DNA of 64,000 nt from a virus (IMGVR_UViG_3300045988_180880:128001-192000); one strand, 5' to 3'; counted from the stretch's first letter, positions 9,533-18,581 are shown. Notes: generated from the letters alone by a model not told the origin. A program made the numbers and translations.

Positions 9533-10513
9533 ATGAAAACAAACATTTATGAAAGAAAATTAAATTATGGAGAACAAGAAGCCATATTTAATAAGATGGT
9601 TGAAAAGACCGAAAAATATGTGATAGATAATAATATAAGAGCATTAATTCTTGGTATCTCAGGAGGAGCAGATAGTACTCTTATGGCTGCTGTATGTAAT
9701 GAAGTTAGAAATAGATCTGGAATTCCTTTTTACGGATATTCACTTCCAATAAAGAATAAACCAGATGAACTTACTTCGTCTGATCTAACAGGAAATGCTT
9801 TTTGTGTTAAAACTTTTTATAGAGAAGTTGCACAGTATGATTTCTATAAAAGTTATATAGAAAATCTCTATAACTACGATTATTGTGATAATGATCGAGA
9901 TATTCTTTGTGATTTATCTGGAAAAAGTATATCCGAGATAGAGGGGATGATGCCAGAACAAACAAAAATAGCCAACGGAAATATTATGGCACGTCTTAGA
10001 ATGATGTACCTATATAATCAAGCTGGTATTAAGAAAGGTATTGTAATTGATACTGATAACTTAACTGAACATTATCTTGGATTTTGGACTATTCACGGAG
10101 ATGAAGGAGATTTTAATCCTATGGGTGGTCTCTGGAAAACAGAAGTATACTCTATTCTTAAGTGGTTACATGCGAAGTATTATTCAGAATCTTATTTAGA
10201 TACTGAAATCATAAATAAAAATTCGTACAATAAGATGGTAGCTCTAGAGAAAGCTATTAATATTACACCCACTGATGGTAATGGAATTTCTAGTTCTGAT
10301 CTTGAACAAATTGGAGGAAAGGATTATACTGAAGTAGATAAAATTTTGATTCCTTTGATTTGTAAAGGTTCGGGAGCTATTTCAGAATTATCTAAAATTC
10401 ATGGGATGGATACTGTAATGAAGATTTGGAATAGAGTTCAAGGATCAGAATTTAAAAGAAGAACTTCCAGAGTAATAAAAGTGTCACGAGAAGAATTATT
10501 TGAAGGATTATGA
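9533..10513 (+). CDS. nadE: NH3-dependent NAD+ synthetase
   Basis: PP-loop LILGISGGADSTL (SGGxDS), then NGNIMARLRMMYLYNQAG and TDNLTEHYLGFWTIHGDEGDFNPMGGLWKTEVY, matching the NadE pattern QaR.Rm..ly...T.n.sE...Gy.T.yGD...d..P...l.K..V. I prefer ATG 9533 to the TTG 9524 in the ORF track. Confidence 0.85.
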   Translation: MKTNIYERKLNYGEQEAIFNKMVEKTEKYVIDNNIRALILGISGGADSTLMAAVCNEVRNRSGIPFYGYSLPIKNKPDELTSSDLTGNAFCVKTFYREVAQYDFYKSYIENLYNYDYCDNDRDILCDLSGKSISEIEGMMPEQTKIANGNIMARLRMMYLYNQAGIKKGIVIDTDNLTEHYLGFWTIHGDEGDFNPMGGLWKTEVYSILKWLHAKYYSESYLDTEIINKNSYNKMVALEKAINITPTDGNGISSSDLEQIGGKDYTEVDKILIPLICKGSGAISELSKIHGMDTVMKIWNRVQGSEFKRRTSRVIKVSREELFEGL

Positions 10514-11031
10514 TAGAATTCAAAAGAGATCCAAGATTTTTCAGAGCAGTCATTAGAAGAGAAAAAGAAGATGAAGATCCAGCTTTTAGTTATTTTATGA
10601 TGGAAGATACTTTTACTAATATAAAAGATAAATATGATATTAGTAGGATTGAGAAATTTCAAATAACTAGAAAAAATTATGTAGTCTTTGGATTAATAAC
10701 TGATCTTGAAAATATTACAGAAGATGATCTAATTTCTGAAACAAAATGCACAATTAATAGTTCTTACATTCATTCGCTATACTTTAAAGAATATCAATAT
10801 ATTGAAAAAGATGATCTCAAGGAAATAACTATTAAGATTTCTGCCGAGTATATTGGAGATTTAATGTTTTCTGCTAATGATTATGTTAATGAATATCATT
10901 GGGAAATTTGTTTGAGAGATGAAAAGATATTTAGAGATAATGAAGATATAATAAGAACAATTTTAAAATCAGAATTAAATTATGGAAGAAAAAGAAAAAA
11001 GTCTATTACTGATAATAGACCCACAGTATGA
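10510..11031 (+). CDS. hypothetical protein (between nadE and pncA)
   Basis: 173-aa ORF; ATGA overlap with nadE. Confidence 0.6.
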   Translation: MIEFKRDPRFFRAVIRREKEDEDPAFSYFMMEDTFTNIKDKYDISRIEKFQITRKNYVVFGLITDLENITEDDLISETKCTINSSYIHSLYFKEYQYIEKDDLKEITIKISAEYIGDLMFSANDYVNEYHWEICLRDEKIFRDNEDIIRTILKSELNYGRKRKKSITDNRPTV

Positions 11032-11743
11032 TTTTTGTAACCCCAAAGGAACTCTCTATGTTCCTGGAGCAGAGAAAGCAACGAAAGAATTGTGTAAATG
11101 GATATCTGGGAAACGAAAAATCTTGGAAAAAATCATAGTTACACAAGATACTCATATGTCTTATCATATTGGGCATTCTATGTATTGGGAACAAACTCCT
11201 GAAGCATTTACAACTATTACTTCAGGGATGGTAAAATCGGGAAAATATACTCCAGCTTTTTATAATAAAGAAAATACTATCGCCTACCTTGAAGAATTAG
11301 AGAAGACAGGAAAAGTTCATACTATTTGGCCTGAACATTGTATCGCTGGTTCTTGGGGATGGAGTTTGCCCAAAAATCTAGTTGAGGAATTAAATTTATG
11401 GTCCCTCAGTAATCATGGCGCCGAATATGAGCTAATTCAGAAGGGAAGAAATCCACACTTAGAGATGTTTTCTGCCTTTTCTTATGCAAACGGCGCTAAA
11501 AAATCTGAGGGATATGAATTCCTAGATAAAATTGCTAGAGAAGATTATACCAAAGTTTATATAGCTGGTTTTGCAAAGGATTATTGTGTAGCAGAGTCGG
11601 TGAAAGATATGATGAAGGAACAAAGATTATCAGGAAAATTAGTGTTCCTAAATAAATGTATGGCTTCGATTGATAAAAATTCTGAATCTTTGAAAGTATA
11701 TGAAGATGCTGTTAAAGATTTCGGTGCGATAATCGAAGAATAA
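10982..11743 (+). CDS. pncA: nicotinamidase/pyrazinamidase (isochorismatase family)
   Basis: LLLIIDPQYDF (D of the triad), VTQDTHMSYHIGHS, WPEHCIAGSWG, IQKGRNP (K) and IAGFAKDYCVAES (catalytic C) follow the PncA layout. Confidence 0.8.
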   Translation: MEEKEKSLLLIIDPQYDFCNPKGTLYVPGAEKATKELCKWISGKRKILEKIIVTQDTHMSYHIGHSMYWEQTPEAFTTITSGMVKSGKYTPAFYNKENTIAYLEELEKTGKVHTIWPEHCIAGSWGWSLPKNLVEELNLWSLSNHGAEYELIQKGRNPHLEMFSAFSYANGAKKSEGYEFLDKIAREDYTKVYIAGFAKDYCVAESVKDMMKEQRLSGKLVFLNKCMASIDKNSESLKVYEDAVKDFGAIIEE

Positions 11744-11759
11744 AGGAAGAATAAAAAAA

Positions 11760-11801
11760 AGATAGGTCTTGACCAATTAAAAGTCAAGTTAAATCCTATC
11801 T
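11760..11801. terminator. conserved nested-hairpin bidirectional terminator (family copy 1)
   Basis: agatagg-tcttgac-caattaaaa-gtcaag-ttaaat-cctatct flanked by A-run and T-run; lies between convergent genes ending at 11743 (+) and 11814 (-). Confidence 0.7.
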
Positions 11802-11813
11802 TTTTATTTTTTT

Positions 11814-13976
11814 TTATTCGCCGATAATATCAAGTATTTTCACATAATTCTTTGATATATCTTCAAATAATATTTTTTCTTTTACTTCTATATCTGGATC
11901 ATCCGGTAATATTTCTACAACTTCAGCACCTCTAGATTCATAATGTTGCTTAATGATATCATAAGATGAGTATTTTTCTTGTTTAGAGAAAAAGTTAACT
12001 ATTGCTTTCTGTAAGGAATAATTATCTTTATTATTAACTGGAAGTCCGGAAGTCTCACAATCTAAGAGAATCATTTCTCTATTTTCGATATCAATCATCA
12101 TTGCTGCTATCGAATCAGTCTTAGATGTAACGGGAACTGTTAATTCAACCTTTTGCGGATGCCAAGTTTTATCACCTTCCTGTAATTTTTCTCTAGTACA
12201 ATACCCCAACCATACAGGAAGAGTATCCATTCCTCGACCTTTATAATTGCAAACATCCATCACCACATATTTATATCCATTCTTTTTGCACTTATCTAGA
12301 TCAACGTCTACATACTCTGCACAATCTCCTGGACGGTTTAATACATCACCAGAATGAACAGCAACATTAGAATTAAGTGAAGTATTCCATCCTATATTGC
12401 TAATATCATCATTAGACTTATATAAGAATGCATGAAGATCTAAGTCTTCATCTCTATCTTTCTGAATCCAATGAACAAAAAACCTAACAATATTTCCAGA
12501 GATTTTATATCTTGTTCCTTTGGGGATAGATACATTTTGATTTCTCATACCCTTCGGAATAGGTATTCTCTTAATTTCTGGATCGATATATACAATCTCG
12601 TTTACTAAATCTTTCTCAGTAATTCTAGAATCTATGTTGAGAAATATTTTTCGAATTATATTATCTTTTATAGTTTCTAAGAATCCAGGGTTAATTGGTT
12701 TTAATCCATCTAGTATATATAAACCTTTTCCAGGAATATTTACCACTCTAGGAGTACTTTCTGATTGATCTCTTATATCGTAGTAGCTAAGAATTTCTAA
12801 GAGTGTTTTATTTTTCATCCCTGAAGTATTTATAAAGATATCCATTATATCAGATTCTTTACCTTCTTCAAGAGCTCTTCTTAAGAGAGAATCAAATTTT
12901 CTAATAAATTCCCCTGGATGAGTAGAAATAAATTTAGCTATTTCTAGAATATCTTTACCAGTATCATACATATTCTGTACTTGAGAATTAAATGTACGAT
13001 ATTCTTTTGATAAACCCTTACTCTTAAGTTTTACAAAGAAATCAGCACACTCAGGATAATTTACTACATATTCCTTCGGATGTACACGTTCTGATAGTAA
13101 TATCCAATGTCCATAGAAAAGTTTTGCATCTCGTATACAGTTTTCTACTCCTTTAGCCTCAATTATTTTTTCTATTCTTCCACAAATTTCTCTACGTTTT
13201 GATCTAGGAAGAGTATCTAATTTTCTCCATTCAGAATTATCAGTTTTTTTATTAGACCAAGAGCTAACTTGTATTTTCTTTGGAACATGTGGAAGACTTG
13301 GATCAGCTCCCATTAAGTACAAACTATATCTCAGAACATCATTAATCTCGGCAATTTTATATTCCGGCCGATGTTTAGCTACTATACACATTGTTTCTTT
13401 AAATGGTATACGTTCTGGGATGCTAAGTTCTGGATAATTCTCTAAGAACCATGCCAACTCTTCCCTAGTTTCTCCTGTTAGTGAATTTCCGGCCGACATC
13501 ATTTGCCGAGGAATATCCATAAATTCAGAAGGAGTCATAATCTTAAGCTGTCGATCTGGCTCTTCATCAATTATTTCCTTCTCTTCTTTAGTTGTCCAAG
13601 GATTATCTCTTAGAAATCCTTCAAGATCACCAGAATAAACTCTTTTTTGATCTAACCACAATTCCGATTTATCCTTAGAAATTACTTGTTCTGGAAATCC
13701 TGGATACAAAGGTTTAAACTTTTCCCCAGAATGATACAATTCGTGGATGTATGGAAGTAGATTTGTATGGAGATTTTCCATATCACTAATCGTCATCCTA
13801 CATATTACTTCGGGAGAAAGAAAATATCTATATCTCTTTAATTCTTGAAGAAGTGAGATTAATACTCTCTTACTCTTTTCCTCCATGTTTCTAGGATCTA
13901 CTAACTCCTTGCTCTCTACTAATACGCATCCTCTATGAAATGCAATAATTTCCTTGTTTAATTTCATTTCTGCCAT
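11814..13976 (-). CDS. large hypothetical protein with C-terminal TerD-like segment
   Basis: 720-aa ORF. DLDLHAFLYKSNDDISNIGWNT..NVAVHSGDVLNRPGDCAEYVDVDL resembles the TerD pattern DlD.s..l......v.f.n.....i.HsGDn..G....E.i.vdL. The rest is unrecognised. Contains two CGGCCG sites. Confidence 0.6.
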   Translation of the reverse strand: MAEMKLNKEIIAFHRGCVLVESKELVDPRNMEEKSKRVLISLLQELKRYRYFLSPEVICRMTISDMENLHTNLLPYIHELYHSGEKFKPLYPGFPEQVISKDKSELWLDQKRVYSGDLEGFLRDNPWTTKEEKEIIDEEPDRQLKIMTPSEFMDIPRQMMSAGNSLTGETREELAWFLENYPELSIPERIPFKETMCIVAKHRPEYKIAEINDVLRYSLYLMGADPSLPHVPKKIQVSSWSNKKTDNSEWRKLDTLPRSKRREICGRIEKIIEAKGVENCIRDAKLFYGHWILLSERVHPKEYVVNYPECADFFVKLKSKGLSKEYRTFNSQVQNMYDTGKDILEIAKFISTHPGEFIRKFDSLLRRALEEGKESDIMDIFINTSGMKNKTLLEILSYYDIRDQSESTPRVVNIPGKGLYILDGLKPINPGFLETIKDNIIRKIFLNIDSRITEKDLVNEIVYIDPEIKRIPIPKGMRNQNVSIPKGTRYKISGNIVRFFVHWIQKDRDEDLDLHAFLYKSNDDISNIGWNTSLNSNVAVHSGDVLNRPGDCAEYVDVDLDKCKKNGYKYVVMDVCNYKGRGMDTLPVWLGYCTREKLQEGDKTWHPQKVELTVPVTSKTDSIAAMMIDIENREMILLDCETSGLPVNNKDNYSLQKAIVNFFSKQEKYSSYDIIKQHYESRGAEVVEILPDDPDIEVKEKILFEDISKNYVKILDIIGE

Positions 13977-13995
13977 ATTTTTTTTGGTTTATAAA

Positions 13996-14307
13996 TTAAA
14001 TTTTCATCCACTTTTTTGCTCTCTCGAATTGTTTTATGAGATCATCTATCCAAGTACTAGCCGTACAATCTTTCTCAACTAATATCCATGAACTTGGAAT
14101 GTCTGCTGAGTGATTCATAATAATAGAAAAACTAGTATCTTTTCTATCTTTCCCATCACCATCTAAGAAAAGTATTACCCCAAAAACACTCCCAAAGAAA
14201 TATATCCTTGGAAGATGAGGTTGTTTTGATAGGTCCAGTTTATCATAATGATTTTTCCATGATCTATCTTTCAAATCATTTTTAATTAATTCATTTATTT
14301 CATCCAT
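13996..14307 (-). CDS. hypothetical protein
   Basis: 103-aa ORF in the minus block. Confidence 0.6.
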   Translation of the reverse strand: MDEINELIKNDLKDRSWKNHYDKLDLSKQPHLPRIYFFGSVFGVILFLDGDGKDRKDTSFSIIMNHSADIPSSWILVEKDCTASTWIDDLIKQFERAKKWMKI

Positions 14308-14333
14308 TTTTCTATTTGTTTATTTTTCTACAC

Positions 14334-14738
14334 TTATAAGAGTTTCTCGCCTTCTACAGTTATGGTCCTATGTTTCTTTTGTAGTTCGTCAAGTAATTTT
14401 CTTTTTAGTGTTCCAGGGAGAGGAATTTGTGGAAACAGCAACGTCTCACTTCTATGTTTCCAAAGCCACTCATCTATCTCTTCGAAGGATTGCTCAAAGA
14501 CTTCAAAAACTGGTTGCTCATCATAAAACCATTCATCTAAGAATTCAACTTTAAAATCATATAGTCTAAGGTGAAGTCTAAGTTCGTCTAATTCTGAACC
14601 CTCTCGTGTAGATATTATTTCTCCAAGAGGATTATGAAGACGATATTGATTTTTTCGTTTTTCTAAGTCTCCGGTATATCCAATTTTTACAACCTTCCTT
14701 ATTCCTTTCCATGCGCCAGATCCAAATAAATATAACAT
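14334..14738 (-). CDS. GIY-YIG superfamily / T5orf172-like putative homing endonuclease
   Basis: VVKIGYTGDLEKRKNQYRLHNP matches the KiG.T....R...y core of the T5orf172/GIY-YIG-like family. Confidence 0.5.
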   Translation of the reverse strand: MLYLFGSGAWKGIRKVVKIGYTGDLEKRKNQYRLHNPLGEIISTREGSELDELRLHLRLYDFKVEFLDEWFYDEQPVFEVFEQSFEEIDEWLWKHRSETLLFPQIPLPGTLKRKLLDELQKKHRTITVEGEKLL

Positions 14739-14746
14739 TTTATAAT

Positions 14747-15013
14747 TTACTCCTTTTTCTTCTTACCTTTAATAATTCCAGCAACCCTATCTCCTGCCAC
14801 ATCCTCTATCTTATTCCGCTGCTTCTTAAGGTTATTTTGATATCCATAGGTTGCACCAAGAATAGCTCCTGCAATCGGAATGGCAGCTGCTGCAATTTCA
14901 TCATGGGATAAATATGTAAAATCATCAAGTGACCTATGTGTACCATAGGTAGTCAATGTTTCAGCACTTGCCATTCTTGCTTTCTTTGCAGCTTCTTCTA
15001 CTGTCTGTTTCAT
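14747..15013 (-). CDS. small protein with glycine-zipper-like hydrophobic segment
   Basis: AAAAIPIAGAILGATYG segment; 88-aa ORF coupled to the downstream gene. Confidence 0.55.
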   Translation of the reverse strand: MKQTVEEAAKKARMASAETLTTYGTHRSLDDFTYLSHDEIAAAAIPIAGAILGATYGYQNNLKKQRNKIEDVAGDRVAGIIKGKKKKE

Positions 15014-15348
15014 AACTTATTCGGATTTGTTTTACAATAATTTTCATTCTCTTTCAGTTTTAAAATATTATTCAAATGTTCGTCTGAAAGCAGATGCTTA
15101 TTACTAAAATTACCCAACATTATACGAGGTTCAATATTTTCATCTCTCATAAATTTCTGTAGTTCGTATATATGAAAAAGCAAACCTTCACAATCTACTG
15201 CGTAGTATTCAACGCCATCGTCATTGTTGGCAGATACTTCATAACCAATCCATCCACCGTTACCCATATAAGTATTTATCTCAATATTACGGCAAAAGCC
15301 ATAACTGATAAGTAATAGCCTTAGTACATCTTTCCCACTCATACACAT
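15010..15348 (-). CDS. hypothetical protein
   Basis: 112-aa ORF; its start overlaps the stop of the small upstream ORF. Confidence 0.55.
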   Translation of the reverse strand: MCMSGKDVLRLLLISYGFCRNIEINTYMGNGGWIGYEVSANNDDGVEYYAVDCEGLLFHIYELQKFMRDENIEPRIMLGNFSNKHLLSDEHLNNILKLKENENYCKTNPNKL

Positions 15349-15515
15349 TTCGATTTATCAATTTGTCCTATACGCTGTCTTTCAAATCCCTCTATCTGTG
15401 CGTCAGTAAGGTTGTTCAGCCATTCATCAGCATACTTTCTGTACTTGGCATGATTGCATTTATAAAACTCCAATCTAAGCCATTCAATAGTTATGTCCTT
15501 TTGTTCCATAATCAT
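15339..15515 (-). CDS. small hypothetical protein (58 aa)
   Basis: Hand-translated: MIMEQKDITIEWLRLEFYKCNHAKYRKYADEWLNNLTDAQIEGFERQRIGQIDKSKCV. ATGA overlap upstream and stop overlap downstream. Below the ORF-track size cutoff. Confidence 0.45.
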   Translation of the reverse strand: MIMEQKDITIEWLRLEFYKCNHAKYRKYADEWLNNLTDAQIEGFERQRIGQIDKSKCV

Positions 15516-15703
15516 CTGGTTATAGTAGTTCTTTTATTAAATAAAACCATAAGTATCAAGGCAAAGGCGACTTTCAATAATCGCTTTTTACCAACAATTA
15601 CAATGTTGTCTTTGGTTATTCCACTATCAGTTGTTATGCTGTACCATTTACTATATGGTGGTAAGCACCTATAAATATGAATTTTAGAAAATGTATATTT
15701 CAT
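15512..15703 (-). CDS. small hypothetical membrane protein
   Basis: 63-aa ORF preceded by AGGAGG; C-terminal hydrophobic stretch VAFALILMVLF; chained by ATGA overlap. Confidence 0.45.
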   Translation of the reverse strand: MKYTFSKIHIYRCLPPYSKWYSITTDSGITKDNIVIVGKKRLLKVAFALILMVLFNKRTTITR

Positions 15704-15721
15704 AATTACCTCCTATGTGTT

Positions 15722-15919
15722 TTATGGTTCTTGTTCATTCAACATAATTTTATCTCCTTCTCTTTTAAGGCTTATATCAATTGCCATAAATTCAGGAAAT
15801 TGAGATATATAAACATAAAACTCAGTCTTACGTTTATCCTTTAATTGTTTTTCTGTTGGTGGATTCTTATATTAATCCACACAAGATATTGCTTTAGAAA
15901 TTAATTTACCTAATTCCAT
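15722..15919 (-). pseudogene. small ORF with in-frame TAA (15 aa + stop + 49 aa)
   Basis: ATG at 15919, 2 nt after the helicase stop. Reads MELGKLISKAISCVD-TAA(15874..15872)-YKNPPTEKQLKDKRKTEFYVYISQFPEFMAIDISLKREGDKIMLNEQEP in one frame. Confidence 0.3.
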
Positions 15920-15921
15920 AA

Positions 15922-17964
15922 TTAACACACCTCCTTTCTACTTAATAGTTCATAACCCTTTGTTTGTTTCTTTTTTCCAGTAGTCTCATCTAAAATAGAT
16001 ATATAAATTAATTTAACCTCAAAATAACTTTCTAAATCTTTTGCTTTAGGGGTTTTATCATAATTAATACTAGAATACAAATATCCTAACTTATCTTTTA
16101 TTCCAGATAATATTAATTTATCCCCTACTTTAAATTCATTATAGATAGTAGCTTCTAATAATTCATCTGAAAAAGTAATTATTCCTAAAGCTTTTTTTAT
16201 TTTAGTAATATGATAACCCATACCCTTTAATCTTTGAGGACCCAATGTAATATAGTAAGATTTAACCTCATCTGAATCAGATATCTGCCCTAATACTATA
16301 TCAATAGCGTCTTCAGACAAACCATATTCACAAATAAGTTTTAATTTATCATACATAGTAGTTAAACTAGTATATACCTTTAAAAAATTTGATACCTCCT
16401 GATTCACTATATCATCTCTGGTTAACATATTATGTACCGTACTAAACACTGTAAATCTATCTTTATAGTCTATCTGTTGTATTTTAAAAGCTCTAATCTC
16501 ATTTACTAGTACTAGATTATTAGGAACTGGTTTAAGAATAATATTTCCTTCAGAAGTATGAATCTTATTTACTGCTACATAATCATCCTTATAATTAGAA
16601 GCTTTGGCATCTTTCTGATACTTCTTAGCTAATGCAAATTTATCTTTTATAGAAATAGCAATATTATAAGTTCTTAATAAACTTTCTGTCATTTCTTGTT
16701 TAGTTTTTATTATTTTCTGAAAATCTTCAGCCTTCATTTCTCTATAATTAGCAGTAGATCTATAATAAAAAGTGGCTGAATTTTTCCAAGGATTATCAAA
16801 TAATCTTTGCCTTCCTAATATCTGGGGCAAATCTTCTGATATATCTACAGCCAAGGAATCTATATTACTATCACTGAATATAAATGATCTAGCACATAAA
16901 CTATAAAAGTCAGCTCCAAGATATACAGTTCTTGTACAAAAAGTAAACATTTTAGGTTTTACTCCCTTTAACGGTACTTCACCTATCTTAAAAGACTTAC
17001 CTAACCTCCTTTGAATTTTCTTTAAATTATCTTCTGTGTATGAACATAAGATATTACATTGCTCTGAGGTAAGATTATTCTTTTTAATGATAGATGTAAT
17101 ATGATTAACACTATTAACATAGAATACAGCCTCATCTGATACTACTCTAGTAGGAATTCCATTTCTAAGAACTACTATACTTTCAAACTCTCCTGAAAGA
17201 TACTTTTGAATTACTTCAGAAGCTTTTTCACCAACAGATCTCATTACAAAGACATCTAAATCTGGTTGAATAACTCTACTAGGATCCGCAGATCCCCAAT
17301 CTAATTCATAATATGGGAGATCCTTAAATTCATCTAACATTTCTAAATATTCATCCATCATAGGAGTTGCACTAACAAAGTATGCTGTTGGAGATTGTTT
17401 AAGATATTCTAGAAATTTTAATTCAGTATCACTCTTAAATCTAGAATCATGAAGAATACTTTGAAATTCATCTACTATTGTATAAAATGTATAAAATCTA
17501 TCTAATTTCTCTAGGATATCTTTTACTATTCTATATGAATCATAAGTAACAAGGATTTTACAAGGTAATCCATTAATACTCCTAGATATACAGTATTCCT
17601 CTATTTCTCTATATAATCTTTTATAGATATCTGAATTATCTAATGATTCTGAATCAATTGATAAGTCTGCTAAAATATTTTTATCAATCTTAGATAAGTC
17701 TTTATCAATATTAGACTCCTTATCCATTTCATTTACGACCAGATAAACATCAAATTCATGTTGATCCTTTTTATTCTTAAGTAGCATCTTTCTGGGACTA
17801 CATAAAATAATATTTTCATTACTCCTAATACAATATTCAGTAAAACCACATCCAGGTAATTGTTTATTAATAATACATTTACTTGGAAATTTATTAAAAT
17901 TAAATTCATTCCATTCTGAAATAAATCTAATTCCAGATGGTACTATTATCTTCTCTCTAATCAT
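15922..17964 (-). CDS. superfamily 2 (DExD/H-like) helicase
   Basis: QLPGCGFTEY (degenerate motif I position), TIVDEFQSI (motif II DEFQ), YFVSATP (motif III SAT) and QILGRQR (motif VI). Confidence 0.7.
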   Translation of the reverse strand: MIREKIIVPSGIRFISEWNEFNFNKFPSKCIINKQLPGCGFTEYCIRSNENIILCSPRKMLLKNKKDQHEFDVYLVVNEMDKESNIDKDLSKIDKNILADLSIDSESLDNSDIYKRLYREIEEYCISRSINGLPCKILVTYDSYRIVKDILEKLDRFYTFYTIVDEFQSILHDSRFKSDTELKFLEYLKQSPTAYFVSATPMMDEYLEMLDEFKDLPYYELDWGSADPSRVIQPDLDVFVMRSVGEKASEVIQKYLSGEFESIVVLRNGIPTRVVSDEAVFYVNSVNHITSIIKKNNLTSEQCNILCSYTEDNLKKIQRRLGKSFKIGEVPLKGVKPKMFTFCTRTVYLGADFYSLCARSFIFSDSNIDSLAVDISEDLPQILGRQRLFDNPWKNSATFYYRSTANYREMKAEDFQKIIKTKQEMTESLLRTYNIAISIKDKFALAKKYQKDAKASNYKDDYVAVNKIHTSEGNIILKPVPNNLVLVNEIRAFKIQQIDYKDRFTVFSTVHNMLTRDDIVNQEVSNFLKVYTSLTTMYDKLKLICEYGLSEDAIDIVLGQISDSDEVKSYYITLGPQRLKGMGYHITKIKKALGIITFSDELLEATIYNEFKVGDKLILSGIKDKLGYLYSSINYDKTPKAKDLESYFEVKLIYISILDETTGKKKQTKGYELLSRKEVC

Positions 17965-18034
17965 ATTTAAATTATATTTTTATTGTTACAAAATAATATT
18001 TAAACTCAATACAGAGTTCAGTTAGTTAAAATTG

Positions 18035-18512
18035 AAGACTAAGGATACCCTTAACTTCATTAATTAGAATTTGAGGTTAATAGAAGAGCAAAATACAACT
18101 TTACTAATACATTTTCACCTACATGTAGTATATAAATTTAATTCGGATAGAAAAGTTGTAGTGGTTCTTCTATAAGAGCGAACATAGTGAGAGACTCACC
18201 TCCCGAAGGGAGGAGGTGATGTCGTCTCTTATAGGAGGTTCACGATAAATAGAAAATAATAGATTAATTATTATATATCTATTATATGGAAATGAACCTT
18301 AAAAGAGTACCGTCCACCCGCTCCCTGTAAGGGGAGCGAGGACTCTCACTAACGTTCGTACTTTTTAAGAACCATTAAATAATTATATTTTCTATTCAAT
18401 TCTAACTAATATTTATTTAATTCTTTTTTATTCTCTATATATCTTTTCAGTTTCTTGAAGGCCCGAATGAACATAGTGAATGAAGGATATAGATTCTGGT
18501 ATCCCTAGTCTT
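18035..18512 (-). ncRNA. large (~480 nt) highly structured non-coding element, class unknown
   Basis: No credible ORF. Nested long-range helices: 18035-18049/18498-18512, 18163-18169/18367-18373, 18179-18183/18354-18358, 18186-18193/18343-18350 and 18236-18242/18293-18299. GC hairpins at 18199-18213 and 18319-18338. In the outer helix the only non-Watson-Crick position is G.U in minus sense but A.C in plus sense, which sets the strand. Confidence 0.55.
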
Positions 18513-18538
18513 TGAAAAAATATTACAAAAAATATAAA

Positions 18539-18581
18539 AGATAGGTTTTGACTAATTTTAAAGTCAAATTAAATCCTATCT
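18539..18581. terminator. conserved nested-hairpin terminator (family copy 2)
   Basis: agatagg-ttttgac-taattttaaa-gtcaaa-ttaaat-cctatct; immediately 3' of the minus-strand gene ending at 18595. Confidence 0.6.

Noticed and set aside
10438-10662. 74-aa minus-strand ORF
   Set aside because: It is antisense to the nadE/10510 junction, with low-complexity Phe/Ile/Ser content typical of antisense AT-rich coding DNA.
11006-11194. 62-aa minus-strand ORF
   Set aside because: It is antisense inside pncA.
11581-11787. 68-aa minus-strand ORF
   Set aside because: It is antisense to the pncA 3' end and runs through the terminator element.
14711-14911. 66-aa plus-strand ORF
   Set aside because: It is antisense to 14334-15013 genes in a minus-strand operon.
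15363-15674. 103-aa plus-strand ORF
   Set aside because: It is antisense to a chain of translationally coupled minus-strand small ORFs (15339-15703). Its sequence is low-complexity and hydrophobic, and it has no promoter motif.
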